From positions 20,308,912-20,372,911 of the forward strand of contig NC_092675.1 of assembly GCF_964355755.1 (NCBI RefSeq): a stretch of 64,000 nt of DNA, in the 5' to 3' direction. The position numbers and the translations under genes are program-made. This document shows positions 41,801-54,165 of this stretch, piece after piece. Each line of letters starts with the position of its first letter. The first letter of the stretch is position 1. This stretch comes from Antedon mediterranea. Taxonomy: Eukaryota > Animalia > Echinodermata. The notes under the pieces were generated by a model, which searched no databases, was not told the DNA's origin, and saw only the letters and a list, made by a program, of their open reading frames with translations.

Positions 41801-43950
41801 CCTTTCATGTGACTTATCAGGATTTAATCCAAATACTCAAAAAAACTGTTTTTGTCTTTGTGAAATCGTTTAGTCTTAAAGAGATGGATATATTGTTTAC
41901 TGTAATATTTCTGAATACGCAAACATGAATAGTAGCATCAAATACTTGGGTAACATATGGTAAGAAATGATTGTTTTAAGAAAAAAAAAAAAAGGGGGGG
42001 GGGGAGGTATAAAGCACACATGCAGTGTGGGTTTTTTGTTCGAATTTAATCTAAAAACCAAATAGTAATAAATAATGTAATTAAAACTACATCACTTGTG
42101 TAGTGGCGTGGACGAATGTAAAAATAGGAAAGTTTGCACTTTGTTCGTTACACAAACTTATACATTTTGCGCATCCACCACGAGTAAAAAACGGAATTGC
42201 ACTGGGAAGGGTTTTAATACTACATCTAAATTAATTAATTATCTGCCATCTTTGATCCAATCTAAATTTTCCACTCTTAGCTGTTCGTTTTACAAATAGT
42301 ACATATTTTTGCTATCACACGCGCCAATACCATAGGGGTATCATAAGGGAAGCTCAGTTTAACTACATTTGGGCGATCTACCTATAGTAAATCAAAGTAG
42401 ACCTATGGATGACATTTTTCCGAAAGAAATTGATATAGGCTACCACGGTACTCGCATCTGGTGTAATATGCCTATTGCGACATTCAGACGGCTTTTTACT
42501 ATATTGGATAAATGGAACGTGTTTTATTTATTATTATTATGATTAAACTAAAGCCTATACCAAAAAACTAAAAGCCATCCTGCTATAAAGCACTGATCAT
42601 TTCTTCGTCGTCTAAGTTTGTAAAGGGGTTCTCAAGTGGTGTACATGGGTTCTCAATCAACGCAGAATTGCGACACAACGCGACATCATCACTAGATTGG
42701 ATTGTCTTAAAGGGTAATTCCGGGCATTTTTTTTAAGGGGGGATTATTTTACGATGCGCGTTGTTCTTTACCGCTGACGAATAATAAATTGGGGTTATTT
42801 AAAGTTTATATTTTATAAATTTTATCCCTGAAGTTACTTTAATGTTAATGCTTTTGTGAACGTCTTTCATCGTAGCCTTCGCATTTTATATTTTTACATC
42901 AACCCAACCCCTTCCCCCCGCAAAACCCACGAATTTCCGATGTAACTAGCTAGTCGCAATAAATATTTGTTATTATTAATGCCGCGAAGTATCCGGTGTA
43001 ATGCACTCGAGGTATCTTCTTCTCTCGAGTCGATAGGCCTTAGGGTTAATTTTTAAAACAGCAAAGTCGACAACGAAACTCCGCTGAATACATGATATTT
43101 AGCAAGTGCCTGGGGAAATTAGGATCAATTCTGCAGTGTTTTGTTTTCTATTATTTTAGTTAATTTATAGAGAAAGACACTTTATCTCACAAAAGCCGAC
43201 TTTTCAACAGTCGCGTAAACTTAAAACGGTCAAAGAAAACTCATTTCCGTGGCCAGCAGGGTGTGTCAAACTTGTAGAATAGGCTTAGAATATTATGCTT
43301 AATGATGCGTTTTAATATTTGACTTGTACTGAATATTCGTCGTCTAATAGAAAATAATTCGATTCTCAAACAAAATCCGTACGTGAACACGGACCACCAC
43401 GACACTTAATTTTAGCGGTGGTGGTCTCTAGTCGACACTCTAACATTTTGGCAAGTAGAATTTAAAATACACTGAATCTTTGGTGCGAACAAAATAAAGA
43501 AACGGCCTCTATATTCTTGTCATCTAACTTGTCTTCATCAGTGATAGTGGTTACCTTGATTCTGCTTACCTATGTTGACGTTACTTGAATATTCATCAAG
43601 TACAACATTGGTCCTATTGTAATATAATATAATAATAATTATAACATAACAATTTATATAGCGCACTTATCCACTAAAAGTGCTCAAGACGCTATTACAA
43701 TTGAAGTGAATATGCCCAGAAAATGTAGCACGAGAAAACCGACGTCACAGTAGAACCCCACGAGGACTAAAATCTAGGCCAAAGCGATGTTTCATTGACC
43801 GTGAGAGTACGTCAGAGTGATATTATGCACTTTATATGCATTCATTATTGCCAGCGATCTAATTACTACTAAACAATAGCTAGGTACGCACTTGTCTGGC
43901 GGTATCCCTTTGTACGAATCGTTCAACGTTGGGTCGAGACGCGTGATATC

Positions 43951-44077
43951 AAGTTTCATCCAGGGACCAAAATGTGTAATGTGTTATTTTCCAGGCGAAG
44001 TTTACCGACGGTTACGTCGTGTACTGCGTCGACGTACGCTACACTACAGCAAAAACGAATTATGTTAATTGTTCGTT
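43951..44077 (+). repeat. 127-bp direct repeat, left copy (apparent TSD of the L1/Tx1 element)
   Basis: Identical base for base to 50593-50719. Confidence 0.95.
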
Positions 44078-44707
44078 CATTTACCAGGGCATACTAGGGA
44101 CAGATGTAATGTTGAAGCGCATAATGTATCATCATCTGGTTCACCTGGTGCATACATTAATAAAGTTTGGGAATCGGTTTTTAACTTTGAAAACCCAAAA
44201 AATAGTAATGCTAACGATAACCACTACGGGAAAAGAGCTACGGTACAATCTGATACAGAAACACATGATGAAGTGTTTAGTATTGATGGAAGTAGTGAAT
44301 CATCAGATGATGAAAATGCGCAGAAAGAAACAAGTGTGATCACTATAGAACAACACACAAACCAAAATGAGCAGGAAGATGATGACAGAGAGGAGCAGAG
44401 AGAAGAGCAGGAAGTGGACGAAAGAGAGGAGGAGGAAGTTGAAGAAGGAGAGGAACAAGAAGTACCGGGAAGAAAGTACCAGAAAGCTGAAGAAAGAGAG
44501 GAGCAGGAAGTTGGGGAAAGAGAGGAGCATGAACAGAAGAAGGTAACTGACTACTTTGAAAAAAGTATGCAAAAAAGTAAAAGTGTTAGCACAAACAAGA
44601 AAGCAGCGAGAGATCTGAAGGAACAGTCCGGAAATGAAGGCAGGACAGAAGAAAAAACAAAGAGTATTGAAAAAAGAAGTTTAAGAAAGAGAAACAAAAA
44701 CAAGTAA
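44078..44707 (+). pseudogene. LINE ORF1 C-terminal remnant
   Basis: Begins in the second half of a CCHC knuckle (HLPGHTRDRC), then an acidic E-rich tract and a basic tail. Stop lies 65 bp before ORF2. Confidence 0.75.
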
Positions 44708-44772
44708 TTTAATCTTAATAATATGTATTCTAAATATTGTAATTTCCCTAGGAAGCTCTTTACTCTAATCTT

Positions 44773-47700
44773 ATGAATTTACATTGTATAACACTAAACG
44801 TTAGAGGAGCTAGAAATATAAATAAGCAACATAAGCTATTCCAATGGGTAAAAGATCAAAAAGCGGATATATGTCTGCTTCAGGAAACCCATCTAACAAA
44901 TGAGATTATTAATAAATCAAACTTTGTTTGGGAAGGTGAAGCGATCCATAGTATAGGTAATTCACATAGTAGAGGAGTGTCGATACTATTACGAAAAGGT
45001 CTTGAATGCAAAATTGTTAAAAAGTTAACTGATATTGATGGAAGATATATATTTCTTAATTTAATGATAAATGAAAAGGAATTGGACATTATAAATATTT
45101 ATGCTCCTAATGAAAGCAAAAATAGAAGTGCATTCTTTAGGACCATACACAAATGTTACAATGACTTTGATGGAGGGAAGGGTAATTCTATCATTCTAGG
45201 TGGAGATCTGAATTGCATCATGAATAGTGACATTGACCAAAAAGGTAGCGCAAATAGGTCTGATAAATCTGTTTTTACGATTAAAAACCTAATGAAAAAT
45301 TTAAATTTAAATGATATTTGGAGATCCAAAAACATGAATAAGCGACAATTTACGTGGCGTAAGAGATTTAACAACATTTTCCGTAGGCTGGATTACTGGT
45401 TAATATCAGAAGATCTCTTTTCAAATGGAGATGTTTTAGCCTGTGACATTCGTCCAGCCATTCTCACAGATCACCAGGCGGTATCAATTAAAATAGATTT
45501 GCATGAAAAAATACGCGGTCCTGGTTTATGGATGTTCAACAATAGCTTTCTGAAAGATGAAACATTTACAAAATTAGTAATTAAAATAATTGATGTTTCA
45601 ATACTAAAAAATAATAGAGAACCTGTAAGTGCAAGTTTGTTATGGGAGCTTGTAAAAACAAAAATAAAAGAATTTTCAATTGCATACGGAAAACAAAAAA
45701 ATTAAAACCAGAATAAAAAGAAAGAAAAATTACAAAAACAAATAAAAAACTTAAATGAAACAATTATGAATACTCAAAATTGTGATATAACCATTGAAAA
45801 TAAAATTGAAAACAAAAAAATAGAGCTTGAAAACATTTATAATGTAGAAGCAAAAGGCGCGCAAATTAGGTCCAGAGTAAAATGGATAGAGGAAGGCGAG
45901 CGGAATACAAAATACTTTCTTGGGTTAGAAAGATCCAAAAGTAAAAAGAAACACATAAAAAGTTTAATTACTAAAGATGGGAGCTTAGCAACGAGCCCAA
46001 TTGATATTTTAAAGGAACAAATACAACATTTCGAAGGTTTATACGCAAAAAATGTTATAAACCCTGGAAAAATTAATAAATATCTTTGTAATTCTATTAT
46101 AAACAAGCTTTCAGAAATAGAAAAAGAAAATTGTGAAGGTTACGTCACTATTGATGAATGTAAAAAGGCCATTTCAATGATGGAAAAAAATAAAACACCT
46201 GGATCGGATGGTCTAAGTGTTGAATTTTATGTGTTCTTTTGGATAATATTAAACATTTAATTTGCGATGCGTTAAATGAAAGTTATAATTCTCAAGAATT
46301 ATCCTTTTCGCAAAAACGAGGTGTAATCACCCTTTTGTTCAAGGATGGAGAAAGAGAAAATTTGAATAATTGGCGTCCCATTACCCTCTTAAACACCGAT
46401 TACAAAATTCTTGCACATGTATTAAGTAACAGACTTAAAATGGTTATTAAATCAATAGTAAGTTCAGACCAAAAAGGTTATATAAAAGGCCGTTTCGCTG
46501 GTGAAAACATTCGGTTAATAGAAGACCTGCTTTATTATACAGTTTTTTCATTTTCATTTCTTTATTCGAATTCATAAAATAACACAACATAAAAAAAATA
46601 CAAAGAATGAATTCAGGGTAACACAAAAAAGTAACCAAAGGTCAAACTTATTTCCATTGTGGCCCTTAAGGATAAAAACACCATAAGAATAAACATTTAC
46701 AATAAACAATAACACATGTAGTAACAATATAAATATAAATTATAATCTTTCAAGCATAACCTCTTTGAGATGTTTCCTGATATTTCTTTTGAATTGATTG
46801 ATGGTTTCTGAACACTGTATCAATTTTGGCAGGTGATTCCATGACGTTATTGCCGTGTTAACAAAGGTTGTTTGGGAGTGGTTACCTATATATGGTCTAT
46901 AAATTGATTGAGTTGCAAATCTAGTATTGTACTGGTGAATTACATTTGCTCTACTAATACCATCATTCATAAACGTAGGGCTTAATCCATTAATAATACG
47001 ATACATGTGACAAAGTTTTATCTGTTTAACTCTTAAGTCTACTGGGAGCCAATTCAGTTTGTTTAATTCATTAGCCCCAATGTGATCTCTTGGTTCAAGA
47101 CCAAGAATACATCTGACCGTCTTATTTTGTGCAGTTTGCAATTTAACTTTTAATGTTTTTTTTAATCCAGAGTACCACACGCTACAAGCATAATCATAAA
47201 GGCATAACACCAAACTATTTGCTAGTAACTTAAGATCTCTGAAAGTTAAGTACTTTCTATTTCTATATAAAAATTTTACCCTTGAGTTTACTTTCTTTAT
47301 AACTGATTTACCTATATAATCTCCAGTTAGATTGTTATCGAGTTCAAGTCCTAGATAACTTACTGTAGGTTTGTTTGTGATTATATAATCATTGCATGTA
47401 ACTTTCAATTCTTGTTGATTTCTGAGTTTACGTTTAGATCCAAATAGAATTGAATACGTTTTGCCTAGATGCAATGACAATCTATTATCTAATAACCAAG
47501 AATTAATAGATTTTAATTCTTTTGACAATACATTTTGTATATTGGCGACACTTTTATCAGATACAACTATAGCAGAATCATCGGCATAAAGGAGCAGTTT
47601 ACAACTCAATGCAGATTCCATATCATTCACATACATTAAGAACAACAGTGGGCCCAATATTGACCCCTGAGGGACCCCACATGTTATTTTTTTCCACGTT

Positions 47701-50226
47701 GAAAGAGTACCACAATTATCAACTACCTGCCATCTATCTGTTAAATATGATTTAAACCAACCTATTACTGTTTGGGACAATCCTAATGCTCTCATTTTGC
47801 CTAGTAAAATCTGATGGTCTACAGTATCGAAAGCCTTTTGTAGGTCTAAGACTATCATACCTGTTAAATTACCTTTATCCCAATTCTTTTTAATATGGTC
47901 AGTTAGGTGAATTAAACAAAGATCTGTCGAAAAATTTGCTCGGAACCCACATTGGAAATCATAGATAAGTGATTTAGAATTAAGGTATTCCATCAATTGG
48001 TCATGTACTAGTCTTTCAACAACTTTAGAAAAAGCCGAGAGTATAGACACCGGACGATAGTTACCTACCACCGTTTTACTACCCTTTTTGTGAATTGGGA
48101 TGACTCTCGCTAATTTCCATTCTTTGGGTACAATACCGGATGTGAAGGACAACTTAATAATATGAGTTAATGGTTTTGCTATTGCAGAAGCCCCATCTTT
48201 GAAGAATTTGGCTGGTAGAGTATCTATTCCGGCCAAGTGTAATGATATCGAAGGGGCAATAATTACCGTAGATTTTAAGAAGGCTTTTGACTCTATTAGT
48301 AGAGATTTTATGTTCAATGTTCTAGAAAAGTTTAACTTTGGAATGTTCTTTTGTAACTGGGTAAAAGTATTATACAATAACGTTGAATGTGTCACAGTTA
48401 ACAATGGTTGGGTTTCAAACAATTTTAAAATGGAAAGAGGTATTAGACAAGGTTGTCCTCTATCTGCTCTGTTATTCATTTTAGTGGTTGAAGTAATGGC
48501 ATCTAGAATAAGAAACAAAGATGACTATAAGGGTATTAAACTTCCAAATAATGAAAATAACATAGAAGCTAGAATAAGCCAATTAGCCGATGATACTGTT
48601 TTGTATGTTGGTAATGACAAAAGTATTAAGTCAGCAGTCAGTGTAATTGAACGTTTTTGTGAAGTATCTGGAATGACACTAAATAAAAAAAAAACCAATG
48701 CTTTTTGGATTGGTAAATGGAAGAACAGAATAGATAGACCTTTAGAATTAAGTTGGGTAAAACACCCGATCAAAATTTTAGGCATATATGTAGGATATAA
48801 TACAGAAGAATGTACCAGAAAAAACTGGGATGTTAAATTAATAGAGCTAGAAAAGACTTTAAAACAATGGAATGCTAGAAATCTCTCAATTTTTGGTAGA
48901 ATAATAATCCTGAAAATTCTTGCACTATCTAAATTAACATATGCCGCAAATATCACTGATGTTCCAAAATATGTATATACACAAGTTACAAATCTAATAT
49001 ATAATTTTATTTGGAACAATAAAAGGGAAAAGATAAAAAGAAAAACTCTAATTGGTGATGTTGAGATGGGAGGCATTAAAATGCCTAATTTTACTCTTCA
49101 TGTTAACGCACTCATGTGTGGCTGGTTAAAAAGAATTATGAATGATGATGGTGCTAAATGGAAAAATATTCCAATGTATTATATTAAAAAAATATGTGAT
49201 GTTAATGTTTTACTTAATATGTCATGTTATAACATTATTGATGTTAATTCTGATAAAATTCCACTGTTTTACAAAAATATGATAAAAGCCTACATAAATT
49301 ATAACAGAATCTCTAAAAAAAAACCTGAAACTTATAACGATATAATGAATGAGCAACTGTGGTGAAACCACTACGTTAAACTAAAAAAAAAATCGCTTTT
49401 CTACAAGCATTGGATTGACAGTGGCATTATCAGTATTAAAGACATTGTTAATAAGAACACTTTTTTAACATCAAACGAAATACTGGTGAAACTACAATGT
49501 AAAACAAACTGGTTAAATGAGTATTTGTGCATTATTAAGGCAATACCAATTCAATGGAAACGTATTATTAAGGAGGTAGATATTTTCAATTGTGATGATA
49601 ATGATGAATTAGTTGGGACCAAGTATGAGATTAATACTACCAAACTAATATACTCATGGTTTGTGAAAGAATATTTCATTATTCCAATGTCACAACTAAA
49701 ATGGGAAGAGTACTTCAATGATAACAACATTGATTGGAAAACTTCTTGGTTACGGAAAGTATGTAAAATGAAAGATAAGAAACTAGCACAATTCAATTAT
49801 AAGATGTTACATAGAATACTGCCTACCAACAAACGGCTGTATCAGTGGAAAGTTAAGGAAACACAAACGTGTGACAAATGTGGAGAAATTGAAAATGAAA
49901 ATCATTTGTTTTTTAGTTGTAGATTTATTCAGAAATATTGGAGGAAAATGCTTAGTATCTTTGTAAGTTTAAATCACAATAATATATCATTTAAACAATT
50001 AATACTAGGAACGGGAGATAAGCTAATAGATTATATTTACACTTTTGCAGCATTTACTATTTATAGAATAAAAATGTTATCTGCACTAAATAAGCCAGTG
50101 GGTAAATCTTTATGGAATTCATTTAAAAGCAATATGTTATATAACATTGAATGTGAAACATATAACAATAAAGAAACAAGTATAGAAAAATGGGTAGCTT
50201 TAAGAAATAAGATTATGATAATATAA
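44773..50226 (+). pseudogene. LINE ORF2 (APE endonuclease, RT, C-terminal CCHC), disrupted
   Basis: APE: TLNVRG, LQETH, NIYAPN, GGDLN, RLDYW, TDHQAV. RT: KTPGSDGL, NWRPITLLNTDYKI, DFKKAFD, RQGCPLS, LADD. C-terminus CDKCGEIENENHLFFSC. Frameshifts at about 45700, 46240 and 49385, a stop at 49365, and a nested insertion. Confidence 0.93.
46543..48232 (-). mobile_element. CR1/L2-group (Crack/Daphne-like) LINE, 5'-truncated, nested antisense in the L1/Tx1 RT
   Basis: Open RT from AGIDTLPAKF through NYRPVSIL, DLQKAFD, GVPQGSILGP, YADD to the stop at 46740. 3' UTR ends aataaagaaatgaaaatgaaaaaa. Removing it rejoins the host as LLYYT-AKCNDIEG. Confidence 0.92.
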
Positions 50227-50592
50227 TTTCTAATTTGATACGATTAACCGAAAAAGAATTACAGTGATACGGGTTACTGGTGGTACTGAGTTATTATTGT
50301 TTTTTTTATCATGTATATAAATATATTGTATAATCCGGGTTGTAAAATGAAAACAAACAAATGAAAATGTGTGAACTATTTTAAAACGGGATAGATGACA
50401 ATGATGATCCTGTCAAGTGTATAACAAAATATACGAAAATTAATGAAAAAAGGAGTAATACATTCATATATGTAAAAATGTTACTTATGAACTGTAACGA
50501 CATTTACAAGTTAAATAATACGATTTTATGTAATATGAGATAATATGAATGTGAATAAAAGTGGTGTTTGCGCCACAAAAGAGAGAAAAAAA

Positions 50593-50719
50593 AAGTTTCA
50601 TCCAGGGACCAAAATGTGTAATGTGTTATTTTCCAGGCGAAGTTTACCGACGGTTACGTCGTGTACTGCGTCGACGTACGCTACACTACAGCAAAAACGA
50701 ATTATGTTAATTGTTCGTT
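50593..50719 (+). repeat. 127-bp direct repeat, right copy
   Basis: Identical to 43951-44077, directly after the LINE A tail. Confidence 0.95.
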
Positions 50720-51415
50720 TGTTCACCAATTTTTTAATTTACAAGTAACCTTCTGTACCGTGGGGCACCTAAAATAAATTTTTCATCCATTACTAAACAA
50801 AAAAACATGCCATTTTCGTTTAGCCAACATTATAGCTATAGTTATTACATTTTCAATATCCTGTATGTCATGAATTTCTCACCACTCGGAAGTCCAGATG
50901 GTACGCATGCATACACCTGGGAGGAATAAACTTTTTTCCCCGACTGAAAAAGGTCTACGCTTGCGTTTTTTAAGCCTCTAGGCCTGATGTTTCCAAAGTA
51001 TAAAATGCAATTTTTTGAAGACCTGCAGCTCTAGTTTTAAACATTTTCTTAGCTCAGCCCCAACAACAAAGCTGGTCATATTTCGAAGTACATTTTCCGG
51101 GACCTAACATCTCTATTTTTCAAACATTTCTTAGCTCAGTCACAACCCATGATAGGGACTTATATATTTTTTTTCATGTTTTAAAGTATAATAAGTCCAA
51201 TTTCCGGGACCTCCAACTCTATTTTTCAAAATTTTCTTTGAACTTTTATTTTTTAAATTGAAAAATATGGATTGAAACCGTCATCGCGCATCGTTTTTTT
51301 GCACGCAGTATTTTATTTATGCATTATTAAAAATGGAAAAAATGGCTACCCTAAATCTGATTAAAAAGACCTCAAATGACGCTAGAACGCGTTGCTTCCG
51401 GGGGCTTCGCCCCCT

Positions 51416-53800
51416 CAGGGGTCCCAAGTTGTAGAAGTCAAATTCCTGGAGATTTTGTCGTGAAAGTTAAATTTGGTTTTGCGGTGCATGGCGCCTTGCT
51501 GTAACGCGCGAACAACATTACAATATGAAAACACATTTTTAAAAGTACAATAAAAATACATTTAATCATCACTATTCCATACAGTATTTACATATATAAT
51601 AATTTAAATTTTATCTCTTTACACCTTTATATTATAGTATTGCTGTTTTTGTCCTTAATTTTTTATTTTTTAAGACTTTCGTTATACATAGATGTTGCTT
51701 TACGAGCATTTGCTAGTACATCTTTAGTAGGTTTAAAGGCATGACATTGTAAATCTGTGAATAAATTGATCTTGCATGACATAAGGTTAACTAAAGTAGA
51801 GTGGGAGAGACTTGCTCTGAATTGTGTCTTAATATGTTTCATAACACTAAAGGCACGTTCCACATCACAGTTAGAGTGTGGTAAAATAAGTAGCAGTTTC
51901 ATCAACTTAGAAAGCTGAGAAAATCGTCCATTGCCAGTTGATACATCAGTTATAGACGAAACTTTGTGCCAGTATTCATCTATTGGCAATTTAGCATAGT
52001 CTTTGATTAAATTGTTAAGGTTGGTAGCCTGATAGTCCACAACTTCACTTTCTAAATTACAAAGATCCTCATCATTAAAGTAGTTCCTAAACCTGCCTGC
52101 TAAGATTCCAGCAACATCGGTTGTCAATGCATCTTGCTCAGAAGGGCAAACAACCTTCAAGTTTTTCATAACTTCACAGTTAAGAGGAAATTTCTCCATA
52201 ATCTTACAAAAACTCTTAGTGAGATAGCGTCTGACATCATCATAAAATTTATCAATGGTACGGTTCGGCAAATCACTTATCTCCTCAGTCATTAATAGCA
52301 ATTTTGCGTCTCTTCCAATACCTAAATTTACATTGTCCCATTGATTGTCAATACACAAAACATCTAAGTCTTTCATTGATGTTACACATCTAATATGCTG
52401 AGGTTTCACTAGTCTCATAGCAATGTTGCGAAGCAATTCTTCCACACAGTCTGAGAGTTTATACAAGATGCTTTCTGTTGAAACACTAGGTTAAACTTAT
52501 CAAAAACTGGTACTACAGACATCAAAAAATGGGAATAAACTTTCATCATGGGGTTGTTTAATCTTTCTGATATAGATCTGCTCTTTTGATTGTCAGATTT
52601 TGAGTTGAAATATGATTGGAAGGCATCCCATTGTGAAATTAAGTGCTTCAGCGACTTTCCCAGTGATAACCATCTTGTGGGGCAATGTTTTTTAACTCTT
52701 TCTTCAGCTACAACACAGAAATCCTGGAATTCTTTTAATTCATGACAACGCTTACTTGATTTATCAAAGTAGTAGTAGATATCAATGATTAGGTTCTCTG
52801 GGTTCAAGTCCAGCTCTTTGTATGCGGTCTTACAACAAATGTTCACCAAATGATTTGGGCAACCAACACTGTATATTAAGGGTGCTCTCTGTTTAATTCT
52901 TGATAGAACTGAATCCCTCTTACCTGTAAGAATACAGAATAGAATTGATTTATATAATTAGTTTAGTGCAGAACAGTCAATATCAACTCTGCTTCGGCAT
53001 TCTTTACTATAAGTTGTTTTATTGATTATCATTAATAATTTTATGTTAAATCAATTTTTGTGTTCAATCAATTTATGTTCAATCTATTTCATGTGGCATT
53101 GATAACGACTCTCAACAACAAATAACCAATCAAGTTTTGATATATGATGCAATCGAATTGTAAAGAGTAAACTTTTGACTTTGGAACAAACAATACTGGG
53201 TAATGATACAGTAACTATAGCTATTTTGTACCTACCTATCATCACATTACAGTTGTCGGATGAAAAGGCTGCGACATTCTCCCACTGAATACCATGCTTC
53301 TCCACCAATGTTTCATTTACACAATCAAAGATCTTTGCACCAGTTCCAACATTGCAAACAGGCATGTCCAGAAAACCAACACAAACCTTCCCTGATGACT
53401 CACTAAAGTATCGAACCATTATTGCACACTCCTTGTCGCATACAATGTCATTGGACTCGTCTATCATAAGAGTAAAAGGCTGACGTTGGTCTTTGATGGC
53501 TGAAAGCATTGACTTAGAGGACTCTGGTTCTAAAAATATTAAGAAAATAAAAAAGAAACAAAATGAATGTTTAAATAATGTAATATGATGAATGCTTGAA
53601 ACAGCTATTAGATTGAATGTTTTTTTTTTTTTAGTATATACCATGCTTTACAAAATGAAATACATGCTATCTTGTCAGGATTCAATATTTCAACAGGAAT
53701 ATTACTACAATACATAATTGACAAAACCAAATATATGCACAGACAGCACTTATTTTAATTTAATAATAAAGTTATTAATTAATTAATTTATTAATAATAA
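51416..53800 (-). mobile_element. hAT-superfamily DNA transposon relic (5' part lost)
   Basis: hAT-like terminus CAGGGGTCCCAAG at 51416 downstream of the transposase. It appears to interrupt a GC-rich gggggcttcgccccct|ggacccccacc motif. The other end was not found. Confidence 0.6.
51663..53529 (-). pseudogene. Intron-containing hAT transposase (exons 53529-53236 and 52923-51663; frameshift at about 52470)
   Basis: Motifs IDES, SDNCNVMIG, GCPNH (CxxH), PTRWLS, LPHSNCDVERAFS (dimerisation domain with catalytic E). A GT-AG intron at 53235-52924 restores the frame. Confidence 0.88.
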
Positions 53801-54165
53801 AGCCCCTGGACCCCCACCGGGGGCCCTTGGCGGCCCCTGGCCCTCAGCCTAGTGATGCTCGCTTCGCTCGCATAGCCCCCTCGTCGGGGAATGTAGCCCC
53901 CGCGTCGGGAAGATCCTGGCGCCACCCCTGCTGAGTTGGCCTCATCATGAAAGCGTTAAGTTCTGGTGTCCATCGTTCAACTAGCCCAAGCCACAACAGA
54001 GAGTCTTACATCAGTCTTTAGAACGTCAAATAACGCAAATTTTTCCAGGCTCTTCGGCCCCTGGACCCTGACTGGGGACCCTTGGCGGCCCCCTGGCCCC
54101 CAGCCATTGTTGCTCGCTTCGCTCGCACCCCCCCCCCCCCATTATAAATGCTGCATACGGGCCTG
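53801..54165. repeat. GC-rich subterminal repeats and termini of non-autonomous DNA elements
   Basis: Two copies of gcccctggaccc...cccttggcggcccctggccc...gctcgcttcgctcgc (53801-53872, 54056-54126). Minus-strand CAGG-type ends at 53930 (CAGGGGTGGCGCCAGG) and 54165 (CAGGCCCGTATGCAGC); the latter coincides with the edge of the unit B insertion block. Confidence 0.5.

Larger units (their letters stand above)
44078..50592 (+). mobile_element. L1/Tx1-clade non-LTR retrotransposon, 5'-truncated within ORF1
   Basis: ORF1 remnant, APE-RT-zinc-binding ORF2, 3' UTR with AATAAA (about 50554) and a short A tail, bounded by direct repeats. Confidence 0.93.

Noticed and set aside
46740-48518. 592-aa ORF as a complete RT gene
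   Set aside because: Chimeric: the first 95 or so codons are antisense L1/Tx1 sequence and the rest is a truncated CR1-group RT.
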